The notes below the pieces were generated by a model. The model ran no database searches. It was not told the origin of the DNA and worked only from the letters and a program-made list of their open reading frames with translations. A stretch of 64,000 nt of DNA from positions 127,038,001 to 127,102,000 of the forward strand of contig NC_043000.1 of assembly GCF_006345805.1 (NCBI RefSeq). Direction: 5' to 3'. Shown here in pieces: positions 38,082 through 52,839 of the stretch. The translations under genes were made by a program, and so were the position numbers. Numbering within the stretch: the stretch's first letter is position 1; every line of letters starts with the position of its first letter. The DNA comes from Octopus sinensis (taxonomy: Eukaryota).

Positions 38082-40689
38082 CTGTGGAGGGTAGATAGAG
38101 TGATGAAGTAATAACCATTGGACTCTGAATTTTACTTACTCTATATACAGGACAGAACATGAATCTACTGATATCAACTCAGCTGTGACTATTTCATAAC
38201 AATAACACTAACTCAGGTTTTAGACTGCATCACATAATTATGAAGATTTAAAATACATTTGGTGAATATAGTTTAAAGATTTTTACAGTGTGAACATAGA
38301 AATAAAAAAAAAATGTCATTTTAACTATCAGTCTTATCATGAAGGTTAGTTTTTGTTTTGGCTGAAAAAAAATTTGAAATCTGTTGTTTAAAGAGAATTA
38401 TTAGATTAAATATATAATTGGAGTCAGACAACATTTAGCACCTCTACTAAAAATTAGAAAATTATACAAATTTTATTCCTGCTTTCACTTCTACCAACAT
38501 CTTATTTATCATTATTTTCTTTACATCATCATTGTCATCATCATCATCATCATTGCCACTATTATCATCATCACCAAATATTATCTTCCTGCTCACCCCC
38601 AACAACCCCTATTTTCAACAGTGAAAGAACTGTTGAACAAAAGTGCGTTAAGGTAGCTGCTGCACCACAAACCCCACCATCACCTCATCACAAGCATCGT
38701 TACAATTGTCATTATTATCAAAATTAGCATTATTATCAAAAGTAGGAGCGAAGAATATTGAAAAACAACATAATCACTAGAATCATCATCATTATCATGA
38801 ACAAAACCATTACAACCATTATCATCTTCAACTCTAATAGTTATGTACTGGGGCACAATGCAGTCCTCTGACAGTGAATTCTACCAAATCATCTAAGCTA
38901 TGTTAGCATAGAAGACAGATATTAAATGATGATAATGATAGCTATATCTATATATATATACATACATATGTATACATATATATACAAATACACATATATA
39001 TCTGTGTGTATGTGTTTGTCTATCGGTTGTTTATATTCCAACATTTTACCATGACATTAATTTTCTGCCTAATTTTAAATCACGTTCACAATTTTTTTTT
39101 TTGTTTTCGTGTGCTATTTTAATTACCATTTTCCCAATAGAGCTTCTTGATGAAGGCAACAGCCATTCCCTCTGTCCCTTGTTCCCAATTATATTTCATC
39201 AAAATTGATAGGAACTGTATTCCTGTGTTCTATCTACTTTTCACAAGAATTGCACTTCATTGATCAATAATTAAAATATTATATCTAGTTTATAGTAGTT
39301 ACCAACTCAATAAATTGCTAGAAGATTGGGCAAAGAGACAATAGCTCAAATTCTCTTATTAGCACAATATTCTATGCTTTGAAAAAATAAATAAAAATAT
39401 CCATTTAGGGACCAAATTTGTTAACTTGCACAGTTCAGCTAGAATTCACAAATAATCTACACTTATTTTGTCTACTATTACAACAAGGGTATCTGCTATT
39501 GAGGAGTTACAAACTTTATAAGGTGGCGAGCTGCCAGAAATGTTAGTACGCCAGGCGAAATGCTTAGTGGTATTTCGTCTGCTGCTACATTCTGAGTTCA
39601 AATTCCGCCAAGGTTGACTTTGCCTTTCATCCTTTCAGGGTCGATTAAATGAGTACCAGTTACACACTAGGGTCGATATAATCGACTAAATCTGTTTGTC
39701 CTTGTTTGTCCCCTCTGTGTGTAGCCCCTTGTGGGCAGTAAAGAAATAACAAACTTTATACCACCCAATGAATATACTTCTGTTTCTTTTATCAGCCCTA
39801 CAGGTCCTGCAGTAACCATTTTACCATAACTTTCCTGGTTGTTAGTAGAGTCTCATGGCAACAGATCTAAGAGTGTCATTATAATGTGAAAGGCCAGAGA
39901 TCTAGCAGACTACAAAGTGCACAATGTCTCACAATGATAACAGATAATTTCTTCACAGAGTTTAAAGAAGTTCTGCTTTTATTGCCAATATAGATGCAAT
40001 ATTTAGTTGGCATTTGTTTTTTAATGATCTGGTCTAGAGGAAAGAGCAATCAATGCCTATAACCTTTACAAGAGATGAGAGACAGATGAAGCTCAAAGCT
40101 AGAGAGTTCTCAAGTTAAATATGGCCAAATGTTTTGATGATATGAAGGGTAACAACACTGCTTTCACTTAAGCTATGGAAGTTAAAAAAACCAACAATGT
40201 GTGTGTGACACAGCAGAATAAATCTCCAGAAGAAATAACTAGTGAGGAAGGAACATTGAAGATGGCAGTTATTTAAAACCATTCCCAATGTTATTCAGGA
40301 AGAGCACACTGTTATGTGTTTTGAAAAGTAGAACCATATTCCTGTAGAGAGTGAAAGACTGAAGAGTTTGGTGAAAATAAAAGCAATCACTGGAGCAATG
40401 TAGCAGAAACTGAATGTAAAACTATTAACGCAATGGTTCCAAACATTTCACAAAAGAATTAACTACATTAATTGTTGCTAAAATACAATGATTTAGATTA
40501 TGGTTCTAGACCATTGATCATAAAATTAATGTATTATAAAGCTTTCATTTTAATAGGTGATTTTTGTTGCTGAAACATAGAATACACAATTGGCATCAGT
40601 TACAAGCTGTCAGGATATCATATCTGTCAAAAACACCATGTTCCCCACAATCAAGTAACACTAATTCTCTTGACCTATCATTTGTAAAT

Positions 40690-41340
40690 ATAAAGTCAAT
40701 TATCAGGCACTTTCTGTTCTCTTTATTTACTACTACCAAATCAGGCCTTCTAGCTTCTATTACTCTGTCAGTCTGAATATTTAAAGTTCCACAACATCTT
40801 GTACTTCTTATTTTCCGTACTTCACTAGGTTCATGCTCTAACCATTTATCAGTATGTTCAAACCCTAGCTTTCCCAGTGAATTGCTTTCCCTAGATTGTC
40901 ATGTCTTTTCTTGTATTCTTTCTATGCCAGCATGCTACATTCACTTACTATATGAGGAATGCTTTCTTCTTTTGATTTTCATAATCTACATTGGGAATCT
41001 ACTTGGTTTTTTCTATTTTGGCTTTTATCCTATTAGTCCTTAATGCTTGATCTTATGCAGCTCCTAACAAACTTTCTGTCTCCCTCTTCATGGGAATCTA
41101 CTTGGCTTTTATCCAATCAGTCCTTAATGTTTGGCAGCTACTGACAAACTTTCTGTCTCCTTCTTCAGCTTTTCCTTTCTGCAGCCATAACCATGTCTCA
41201 CTACTACTATTTGCTGAAACTGTCTTTGGGAATCTACCATGCAACGCTTTCTTCTGCCAGTCAGATAATTTCTGTTCTTTTTTCCAGTTTTTAAGTTCAT
41301 TTGGTGCTTTGGTTTCCCTGTCTTGCTGTGACTCTAGTAG
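40690..41340 (-). mobile_element. Decayed non-LTR retrotransposon fragment with CCHC knuckle and restriction-like endonuclease (R2/R4 group, R4/Dong-like)
   Basis: Broken translation DWQKKALHGRF...TWLWLQKG/KLKKETESL...HIVSEC...RHDNLGKAIHWE...IQTDRVIEARRPDLVVVNKENRKCLIID. Contains an internal ~80-100-bp tandem duplication at about 40990-41170. Confidence 0.8.
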
Positions 41341-42635
41341 CTTTTAATAAACTTCATATAAAGCTTATAATAATTTTTATTAAAAGATTTATTAAAAATT
41401 ATTATTATTATTATTGATATTATTATAATTTTATCATTATCATTATTACTTTTCCAAGTCTATATCATATCTTTTCTTTAGTTCTCAAATCATCCAAAGA
41501 ACAAGGGTTTGGAAGTCTGAAATTGTTGGGTTTGAGAAGTAGAGAGACAATTTGAAAGACAGAAAATGCAATCAACATAATTCATAAACGAAATTTTGAT
41601 AAGAGTCAAACTATCTGCATTGTGACTCTCACTAAAGAACAAATATGAAAACAAAAACAACAAAAAACTAGTCTGCAGAATATTGGTGATGTTTTGTGTC
41701 AGCAAAAAAGTCATAAAGTTCAAGAGTTTGGATGAGTTCATTCAGGAAGGGGAAAAAAAGAAAAAGAAGAAGAAGAAAGTTAGATTTTCCTCTCAGATGA
41801 AGGATCAGAACATTAATATCACATTCCTCTTCTAACCATGATATACTAGCTTATGCAAAGTCACGAACTTCATTAGTTAAAGAACAGACACTCATCTTAA
41901 TTTGCATTCAGAAAGTCAACATAAAAAACGGTAAATGGGTGTAAAAATATGCAAAAAACAACAAAATATTGCTTAAACAATTTACATGAAAGTACTATAT
42001 ATTTACATTACTATCCAGTTTATCCATGTTAAGTTGAAAAGTTGATGTAAAATCATGAAAGGTTTGCACGATTTAAGCCATTGTGGGTATAAAATGTCTA
42101 TGATAAAACATTTTCAGAACACATGAAAATAATCATCTAAAAATCTTATCTTTATTTTGATTAATTTTGCAATTTATTGATTTTTTTGTTTTTTATGTGA
42201 TTTTCGTTTCATTCATCTTTCAATTAGACACATTAATTATTCAACAGAATATTCTGTTTACAATTTTGTTTTGTATCAGGTTTCAAAAGACCAATAATAT
42301 TTGAATAATGCCAAATAATAGCTGAAGAACAAAACATAAAATAGGGAATAATGTAGAATAATATTTGAATAATATTGAAAGCTATTTAAATATAATAGAT
42401 TTTATTTAAATGCCTTCTGAAGAAGCAGCAGAGAAAGGAAGGAAAAAAGAAAAAAGGAAAGAGAGAGTATGTATACATGTGTGTATAAGAGTGTGTATGT
42501 GTGTGTTTTCTGAATATGCAAAGGGAACTAAGTAACAGAATTCACTAGACCAAATTATAATCAATTGTAGATAGAATTAAATTGCTCATTTGTAATCCCA
42601 GAAAGAAAGACAATATATAATGAGTGTTCAGTTAG

Positions 42636-42916
42636 AGAAGAAAGGCAAGTACTTATGATCACAAAAAGGGCCTTGGATCGAATGTGTACAACAGAGAGGT
42701 ATTTTCTAAAGATACTCTAGATGGTGGTTTCAAACCAGGTAAGTGATTAAGTCTACATCCTTAAAAAGAGGAATTGCTCTTGGACAGGCTCCCACCAACT
42801 ACATTCCCTTACAAAGCTTAGGTCAACATGAGGGAGAAGATACTCGCCATAAACCTGAAATTGTATTTTATGAAACAAGATTCTTAACAATGGAACCATG
42901 TCTGAATGAGACTAAG
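42636..42916 (+). other. Possible two-exon antisense transcript fragment (42636-42738 and 42822-42916)
   Basis: Two perfect AG|GTAAGT donors (42739, 42917) and an 83-nt GT-AG intron. The spliced frame is open for 66 codons. No recognisable homology and a weak first acceptor. Confidence 0.2.
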
Positions 42917-44099
42917 GTAAGTTTTGGTAGGATCAATCACAGAGTGTCAGAAAAATGACCTACAGCATTTGTTCTGAGTTTTTACATTCTCAGTTCAAAT
43001 CCAACCACAGTCAACTTTGCCTTTCATCATTTAATTGTAGATAAAACAAAGCACCAATGAAATACTGGGTTAATGATATCTATTACCATTCATCTAAATT
43101 TCAAACTTCGTGTCTATATTACAAAAATAATTATTGATAAAGGTACTATCAAAGAACTAACTAGAAAAATAAACAATGTAGGGGGAAAAAAATATTATTA
43201 ACCATTTTAGTGTGGAAATCAGATAGTTCACAATTTCATTATCTTTAACAGCAGGAAACAGTTTTGTATACGAATTTATCTTTTGTTGAGGAATGTAATG
43301 TTTGAAAATTATTTTACTATTTTTTTTTAATATGTCAAGTTTATTTGAGGTAATGTGACTTGTAGACAATAACAATTTTATTTTTTGGGAGTTATTTAAC
43401 ATCACTTCTGGAAAAACCATGAAATTTAATTTTGCAAATAAAGAGTTAATTCACTAACTGTTTTCATTCTTTTGGCAACAGAAATAACACCAGGAATGTT
43501 TTAGTCATATTAGACTTTCTCAGTGAAGCATGGATTTTGCTTTAAATATAATTTATAGTATTTCCCATGAGCACAAGCACCTGCTTAGAGTTGCAGAAAC
43601 CAGATGCTTATATTATTTAGAATTTTATTTGTCCTACTTGTATCACAAAACATATTCTTCACTCCTCAGTTGATGAGCACTATCTACAAAATTGAACACT
43701 AGCAAGGAGTAATAGCCTGTCTTATACTCTCTCTGTAACTTCTGTCAATTAATACACGCTCATGTTTTGAGTTCTATTTTCCTTAGTATCACCAAACCTA
43801 ATGATAATATTGCTAATATTGGTGATTTCCTTAGATTGGTACAAAGAGACAAATTACAGGGAGAGGCATAGCTGATTATAATGACCCCTTGTTCTTGATT
43901 GGCATTACTTTCTTTATTGACTCTAGAATGATGAATGACTAGATTCCGAAATCGAAATTCACTGAACATGGATTAGGGTGACTACAAAATTCCACAAAAC
44001 ATTTCATCCCTTGCTCTTTTATGAGAAATTCTCTCTTTTTTTTTATGCCAAATATGGTATCTGGTCTATGGTGTTTAGTTGCTGGGTGTCAATATGTCA

Positions 44100-44102
44100 T
44101 TG

Positions 44103-44133
<31 letters not shown>

Positions 44134-44590
44134 CATCATTATCATTTTTACTATTATCAGTTAAGGTGGTAAACTGGCAGAATCCTTAGCACACTGGGTA
44201 AAATGCTTAACAGTATTTCGTCTGTCTGTACATTTTGAGTTCAAATTCTGCTGATGTTAGCTTTACCTTTCATCCTTTCAGAGTCAATAAAATAAGTACA
44301 GTTGAACATTGGGGTTGATGTAATCAACTCAATCCCTTTCCCTGAAATTTCATGGCCCTTCTCCCCAAATTTCAAGCCTTGTGCCTTATAGCAGAAAGGA
44401 TTATTATTATCATTATTATTATTATTATCATTATTATTGTTATCATTATCATCATCATTTAAGGCCCAAGTTGACATTGCCTTTCAACCTTTCAAGGTCA
44501 ATAAATTAAGTACCAGTGAAACACCTGGGACGGTGTAATCGACTAGTCCCCTCCCCCAAAATTTCAGGCTTTGTCTTTATAGTAGAAAGG

Positions 44591-44631
<41 letters not shown>

Positions 44632-44900
44632 AGTTATTATTATTATTGTTATTATTATTATCATCCCTTTTATTATTATTATCAATTAAGGTCCTGAGCT
44701 GACAGAATCATTACCACACTGGACAAAAAGCTGAGCAGCATTTCTTCTAGCTTTATGTTCAAATGTCACTGAGGCTGGCTTTGCTTTTCATCCTTTCTGG
44801 ATAAAATAGGTATCAGATAAACATTGGAGTTGATTTGATCAACTACTCCCTTTCCCCAAAATTTCAGGCATTGTAGTTATAGTAGAAATAATTATTATTA
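44100..44900 (+). mobile_element. Second chain of three family-B SINE copies or fragments linked by (TAT)n
   Basis: Copies at about 44160-44400, 44460-44590 and 44690-44890, each ending ...tagtagaaaggattattatt. Confidence 0.75.
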
Positions 44901-45941
44901 TTATCATCGTTATTATCGAGTATTTTCTTTAATCATGATTTTGCTAACCATGGCCTAACCCTAAATACTTCTGTAAATACAAGTGTTATTGGAAAGTTTC
45001 CATTTTTATCCTTACCTTTAGTATTATTTATATTTCCTCTGTGTATTTATCCCAAAAAAGCAACCAAGGTATGTACCTACATGTGGTATTCTTTGTTGTT
45101 TCAGGACTAATGTCTTTGATGCATTATGTCACAACTATTGTTAAATGAAGAAAGGCCTGCTACTACAGTGGCCAGCATAGTTTTATTTTTCTATATAAGT
45201 GGCTTAATCATTGGTCCATCTTTATTTCATATAAGAAAGGAAAGCATGTGAAGATTATTTTTATTTTTACCCCAAATAATTCATATAAGGAAACACTCAA
45301 ATTGCTACATTATTCATTCATTTAACTATTTAATCTTTCATACTTGTCTTATCTTTATAGACAGCCTGTTTCTGCATTATGTATGTCATCAGTATAGACT
45401 AATAAAACAATAGGCAGCCATTTCATATTATATTCAAGTAGTTGTCTGTTCCCACCCACGAAGATAGGAAGAGAGAAAAGAGTTAAGATATTAGTCTTGA
45501 AACAATATAAGAAGAGTATTTGTGTACATCTTGCTCACTTATTAGAGATGTATACATACACATGAAATATGGCTAATACTAAAAAATAGTAAAAATGGTA
45601 TAAGTCCGAAACACCTGAATTTGGACAAACTGACTGCTTTCATATTGGCAGATAAGAAAATGAATTAAGTACATTGAAAATTATTCCTGTCTCTATCTAA
45701 AAAAGTATTTGTGACTTTATCATATTGGTTTTCCCTTTCTTTCTCTCTCTCTCTTACCATTCCAATTTGAGATGAAGACAATTACTTTAACGTAATATTG
45801 ACTCTCTATTGTTCTCTAAACTGATGGCAGACAAGATACAGACTGGCTGTCTATGAATATAAGACAAATATAAAATAGTAAATACTAAAAGCATAACATT
45901 TTGAGTCATTTATTTATAATGATAATCTGAAAGAAACTGAA

Positions 45942-45976
<35 letters not shown>

Positions 45977-46828
45977 ATGAAATAGTTTTAACATGCTTTC
46001 CTCTCTTATACAAAAAATAGATGAATCAATAAGTAAACTACTTCTATACATATTTTTCCAAAAGATGCACCTAATTTTCATTTCTAAAAAGAACCAGTTG
46101 ATGTAGTTCTCAAACCATGAATAATAAAGATGATAACTACAACAATAACCAGCATAGAACAATGGAAAACTAATTCAAATAGTTACTCTCACTGCTACTA
46201 CCATGACAAGCATCAAAACAAAAAGGAATAATAACAATAATTATAGGCATTCCTGAAGCAGTAACAGAAGGAATTTGTAATCTTTACATCTTTCTATAAG
46301 GCATTACATAAAAATAGCTTCAACTGAGAACTGGTATTGGGTTTTATATTTAGTTCACAAAGAATTTATTTCTTCTCATCACTATTGAAAGTTGGCAGAA
46401 CTGTTAGCATGGTAGACAAACTGCTAAATGGCACTTCTTCTGGCTCTTTAGATTCTAAGTTCAAATCCTATTGATGTTAAATTTGTTTTTCATTCCTTCA
46501 AGGGTCAGTAAAATACAGCTTCGGGCCAACCAAAGCATTGTGAGTGGATTTGGTAGATAAAAACTGAAAGAACCCTGTTGTATATACATGTATATCTATG
46601 TGCATGTGTGTGTGTGTGTTTTCACATCCCTGTAACTTAGTGGTTTGGCAAAAGAGACCAACTGAATAAGTATCAGGCTTAAAAAAGTAATAAGTACTGG
46701 GGTTCATTCATTTGATTAAAAATTCTTGAAGGCAGTGCTCTGAGACATGTAAAAGATAAGAGATAAAATGATAGATTTTAAAACTGGCACAGAGCATGAA
46801 ATGTATGGTGGGCTATACAGTTGATTAA

Positions 46829-47037
46829 CCCTTTGATACTAACCCCGCCTGAAACCACCTCTGGCTCTCTAGTACAAGTGTCTTGTTTTCAAAAGTTCTG
46901 AATTAAAATCTTCCACCAAACTTTCGTCACAATTTATGATCGTAACACTAGCTTAATGAATTTACTATTCTTTGTTATATTTAAAATTAATTGAAAGAAA
47001 CACAGAGTATCTGAACAGAAATATGGAAACAAAAGGG
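46829..47037. mobile_element. 209-bp MITE with CCCTTT...AAAGGG ends and TTAA target duplication (piggyBac-type signature)
   Basis: TTAA at 46825-46828 and 47038-47041. A second copy at 20664-21277 is interrupted by a family-A SINE. Confidence 0.75.
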
Positions 47038-47893
47038 TTAAAACCAATCTCGTACAACACTGGTACTTTGTTTCATTGACTTTAGGAGAATGACAGAAAC
47101 AATAAATAATAATAAATCAAGTCAGAGAAAAGTGACAAACATAGTAGAGAGATACAGAGTTGGAAAGGTATTTTTGTTATTGTTGTATTTAGATTACCTC
47201 TGCTAAGATTTTGATTCTAAAACTCCACAGATATTCTTCTTACTTTTGTTTCTTTTGAAGTTGATAGAATATATATCTACAAATACCAGTAATATGTCAG
47301 GTGTTTTAACCAGCTGTGATGGTTGGGGCCTTTAATGGAGTTCATCCTGTTGTTAATCTTGTTCCTGTAGATGTTCAATCTTGCCAGTTGGGGATGCGGA
47401 TTGAAGGTAGAGCTACAAAGGTCATAAGTCATATTTTCTACTCCAATTTTTATTTTTTAAATTACTCTGTTGACCCCTAAGAAAATGAACAACATGATCA
47501 TCTCTAGCATGATTTGAACCCAAAAGAGAGAAACATCAAACTAGTTGCAGTAGCTCATCAAGTCTCATTGATTTCTGTCACCTTAACAATACTAACAACA
47601 ACAACATAAAGAAGAACATCTGAAAAGGAAGCCTCTACATGAATGGTTTAGATACAAGAAATAGGAGTTACATCTCCTTCGAAACACATGCTGCTTTCTC
47701 AAATGATACATTGGATAATACAGTCCAAGGTTTATTGTATCTGAAATAAAAGATGATGATCATGGCTGGAACACCTTTGATCATAGGTCAGTCTGTTCCA
47801 CCAGGAGACACCTAGTGCTAGAAAATGACAACAACAACAACAACAACAGCAATATGATTTATATCACGAACAGTAAACGTTTCCAATACTCAC

Positions 47894-47950
47894 AAAGCAA
47901 TGGATCCTTCCCAATTGCCCAAAGAAACACACAGCTGGATATTCACAATA
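47894..47950 (-). other. Possible 57-nt cassette exon (YCEYPAVCFFGQLGRIHCF in phase 0)
   Basis: Long pyrimidine tract ending in AAG, donor GTGAGT, length divisible by 3, two frames open. It could equally be a pseudo-exon. Confidence 0.2.
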
Positions 47951-49261
47951 CTTGTGGAGTACAGAAAAGGATGCAAGCAAGCAGGAAACAACAGCAACAA
48001 CTATACTAACAACAACAACAACAATAACAACAGTAATAATTGCAACTATAACAGCAAGACTATAAATAAAACAGGAAATGCGATTGTGAGTGGGGTGGTG
48101 GTTGTAAGTATAATGAGAGCAAATATATATATATATATCTTTTGATCCTTATTAAGCGGATTTTCATCAAGAATCAACACTTTGCAGGTAAGACAGGTTG
48201 TATGTTCAGCCACCAAGAAAGTGATTCAAATTAAGTCATTATTATTATTATTATCATAATTGTTGTTGTTGTTGTTGCTGTTGTTGTTGTTTGCCTTCTC
48301 TTTCTCTCTTCCTCCTCATCTTTTCTTCTTCACCCACACTACGCAGGTTGTAAATTGTTCTCGTAAATTTCCCCTTCATTTGATGCTGCTGTGGCAAATA
48401 AAAGGAATCACCACCAACATTACCATGACCACCATCACTACCACCGCCACCACCACCACCACCATTATCACCATCATTACCATCACTCATTATCATCATT
48501 ATCATCATTATCAGTACCACTGCCATCATCATCATCAACATCACCATTGTCATTTTGATAATGGTGATTTTCTTTTGTTACATAAGCTTGCCACACTAAC
48601 GCCAGAATATGTGAGGACACAAGACAGGGATACTGACGTAAACATAAAGAGTGGCTGTATAATTAAAGAGGGTACAACTGAACGCTAGAGAGGCTGAGAA
48701 GAGAAGCAGTATGAGAGAGAGAGAGAGTGGGCTTGCAAGAAAAGGAGAGAGAAAATGAAAGCAAGGAAATAGCCAGATGTAGGAGTATGTATATATGTAT
48801 GTATACAAGGAGATGTATGTATGTATTTATTTATTTAGGTAGGTAGATAGGTAGGGAGGGAGGTAGGTAGGTTGCTAATATGAATATGCAGAGAATAAAT
48901 GGTGCGTTAATTAGCCAAATATTACAAGTGGGAACATGCCTCAGTTTCTTTTGAAAGGACATTTTCTGCAATGTGTGTAATTATGTGTATGCATGCATGT
49001 GTGTATAAGTGTGTGTGCGTATGCGGGTGGGTGGGTGCGTGTGTGTGAGAGACAGAGAGAAGCAAATGATTAATCAGAACCAGTATGACTTGTAAGTAAA
49101 ATGCATATTGATATGTTTCTGTATGAACACATAGACACACACCATTTCTCTCTCTTTCACTCACACATTCACATTTTTAATTAAAATCTACTTTATTTCC
49201 CTATTTCCTAAAGAAAAGATTCGATAACACCTGCTGAGGAAAGCAGGAAGGATATAAGTAT

Positions 49262-49330
49262 AAATAGATAGATAGATTGGATAGATAACTAGATAGATAG
49301 ATAGAGTAGATAGAGTAGATAGATAGATAA

Positions 49331-49412
<82 letters not shown>
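49262..49412. repeat. (GATA)n microsatellite
   Basis: Long, mostly pure tagatagata run; shorter ones at about 51290 and 51850. Confidence 0.95.
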
Positions 49413-51284
49413 GGTTGGCTAGAATCTTTTGCTCAAGGATATGATACAATCACTGAACTGGTATACAAACTTATTAATCATAGTTTATTATCTTAACTAA
49501 TGGCATCTAAATAAAAATAATGAGGATTATGAATCTCAAGATGCCAACAACAATGGTGATAATCATTTCTAAAGACACAAACTATTGGTGTTGTTGTTGT
49601 TGTTTAGCCCTGGGTCAGTCACTGATTAAATGGAATTATGTCAAAAGATGCTGCTATCTTGACCATCTTGTTGTTTAATTTGAGCACAATATATCTAGGA
49701 ACACATGATTGATAGTATCTTTCTTATTGTTAATGTGGTAGAGAAGGCTATCAAGGAGATGTGGTTGATATTTCTAGCAGATTGAGTGACTGTGTAGAGG
49801 CTCCACGGGAGCAAAATACAAACACACACACATTTCATTAACATTATCAACACTTCCATGTTGGCATTGAGTGGCTACTTTAACAGGATCCAACAGACTG
49901 CAGGATCATATCTTGCTCCAGCAGCTCACTTTTGACTTGGATGTCCTTCTTAATGTGAACCCAGAGTGTATTGGGTACTCTCCTTTTTTGCTCTGGCACC
50001 AGTGAGGTCACTTTGTATCTCCTACTCTCACTCTCCTTTGATGGAGAGTGGGGGTAGGAGGTAGCGAGGTTTACTTTAAGCAAGGAGTCAAACAGTTAAA
50101 AATATGATAGGGAAATTAGAAACAGGTTTACTGTTAGAGAGAAGATCCATGACTATCTGGCATTTTACATGGTGGATAGGGGCAGCTGGAGCAGTGCCCC
50201 AAAATTGGGTATATATCATAGTGTAAAAGTGCCAGAACACATTCTCATATATATCATGTAACCACATGACTGACCAGACTATCAGATGTTGTTACACATC
50301 ACTGGTCATTATGTGCTTTTTGCATTGTTTTAGCCAACATGGGCAATGGACATTAAATGATGATGATGATCAAAAGCTTCTTGAGCAATGAGCATAATGT
50401 ATGTTCTAAGTAAAATGGACAGGAATAAGATTGCGTTGGTCAGTGATAGTTTTCTTTGGCATAAGCTGCTCAAGAAACATACAGAAGAGTAATTCTTGTT
50501 GCTTTTGTTGTTGTTGTTTTTATCCTTGGTCTTCTCTGAATCAAGAGACTCACAATCAAAGTTATTACCGTCATAGCCATTGTCTCTTCCCATCTCAGGC
50601 ACAATACAACCATGATTACATTATCTAATGTGTCCTACTCGATTTTAAGACAGTAAAGTGCGATTCAAGGGTGATTTGGCTGCTATTTCTTGAAGGGTTA
50701 GCTACCTTGTAGAGTCTCCGTCATTGGCTCAAACAAAATGGTGTGTATTGACTTGTTATGCTGTGAGAAATACTAAGTTACTCTCTACATCAATAGTAGA
50801 CAAAAACTAATATACCACCATATTGTTTACGTTTTTCAACACCTTGGTTATGTTTTGTCATATAGTAAAAATTTGAACATTGTAATATGAAAACAGAAAG
50901 GAAAAAACCACAACAACAAAAAAACTTAATAATAGTTATAACAAATGGCAAGACCAGAAGTTTTCTCATAGAGTCTGGAGTTTGACAGTTTCTTATACAA
51001 GTTGTATATAAAAAGAAAACATGGAGGTATAGACAGAAAAGCAAGCTGAAAATAGGCCATTATTAAGTTAGATTTATATCTGAAATACAGCAAAGAAAGA
51101 AGAAAAAGTAAAAACAAACACAAACAAACAAGTAAAAATAATAATTTTACAGTGTTTATAAACACAAGGTGGAGGGGAAGTGCAAAAACACTTTGAGAAT
51201 TTATTTTCTGTCTAAACTTCTGTGAGGAGTTTCAGGAAGTAGTATTAGCACAAATGTAAACAGCCATGTATTAAATAGAGATAG

Positions 51285-51316
<32 letters not shown>

Positions 51317-52839
51317 GGATAGACAGAGAAAGAGAGAGAGAGAAGTAGAGAGTGAGAAGGACAAACACTATTAAAATTGAGAAAGTAAACAGGGAAAATA
51401 AATTTAATACTCTCAGGAAAATATTGTCTAAAAGTGGACAATTCTAATTTTGACATGCAGAGCATTCAACTGCAGTTGGCTGGCCCTAGCCTAGCTAAAT
51501 ACTGAAGCAGAAATATTGCATAAAACTATCTGATGAATATACCAAATATTGAACAAGATCAAACATTACAAAATGCATAGCTTTCAATGAATCAATCATT
51601 CTGATACATGTTGGATGCCGGGTTTGGGCCAAAACAGATTATATATATAGATAAAACTAAGTAAACAGGATATCTCCATTGAGCAAAAATCTTTAAGTAT
51701 TGATAGAGTTAAACAACTTCTAAATAAAATGACCACAAACTTTAGATGCTAAAGGAAAGTTATGAAGAAAATTGGCAGCGCATGTAAATGAAAAGAAAAA
51801 ATGGCCGACGGACTAGAACAGGTCATAAATGAATGAATGAATAAATAAATAGATAGATAGATAGATAGATAGATAGATTTATGATTAAATAAATAAATGC
51901 TAGTCTGTTCAACAGATGGAAAAAGATATTGACTTTGGAAATGCTAATATTTTGAAAGGAAGATAAGGTTTAGATGTTCTTTCTCTAATGATACAGGAAA
52001 ATACAAAATAGATGTTAAGTAAATAGAAATGTGATAATTGAGTTGATGTGCATAGGATTCTTATAAAATGCTTTACAAATTGCTATGAAATTCTTTATAT
52101 GCGTAGAAATAACGTTACTTATCGTCAGCCTGTTAACATAGAATTTATAATGCATAAAGCAATGTTAATCCATAATTGTGTTTAACAATAACAAATACAA
52201 TGTATGTTAAAAAAAATGTAAGTAAAATGTTAAATTCATTTTAAAGTTAAACTACCAAGCCTTCAATATTTTCCATTGTTGGAGTCAGACAGATAATAAA
52301 AGCATCTATTTATTTGCTTACATACAGACACATTTGTTTACACACGTGTGTGTAATATATATATATATATATATATAGATAGATCAATATAGATAGATAG
52401 ATAGATATATGTATAGATAGATATATACATAGACATATATACATACACACACACTTGTATATATGTGTGTGTGTGTGCAATATATATATATAGAATAGAA
52501 TAAATTCAAATATGAATTAGAAACAGTGCTAGTGTAGTAAACATTATGTGTGTGTGTACTCATATACACACTCGTTCACATATATATATAAACATAGTTA
52601 CATACCTATTCATATATATATGTGTATGTAATATACACACACATACATAAACTTCTTAACTATACAAATATGGTTGGGAAGTTTGCTAGAAATAACAACT
52701 ACATCTCCTTGATAGCCTGATTCCAGATTCAGTCCCACCACATGACACCTTACACAAGTGTCTCCTACTATATTCCCAGGTCAATCAAAACCTTGTGAGT
52801 GAATTTAGTAGATGGTACCTAAAAGAAGCCTGACATATA

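Noticed and set aside
38082-38124. Upstream extension VQWLLLHHSIYPPQ read as an ankyrin-like fragment of a separate nested gene
   Set aside because: It coincides with the pyrimidine tract of the stronger phase-0 acceptor at 38082, and the AG at 38125 has a purine-rich context. Kept only as a minor alternative.
47190-47410. GC-richer island with short open frames on both strands (LYLQSASPTG...* and MVGAFNGVHP...)
   Set aside because: No consistent acceptor/donor pair with an open frame; possibly a decayed LINE fragment.
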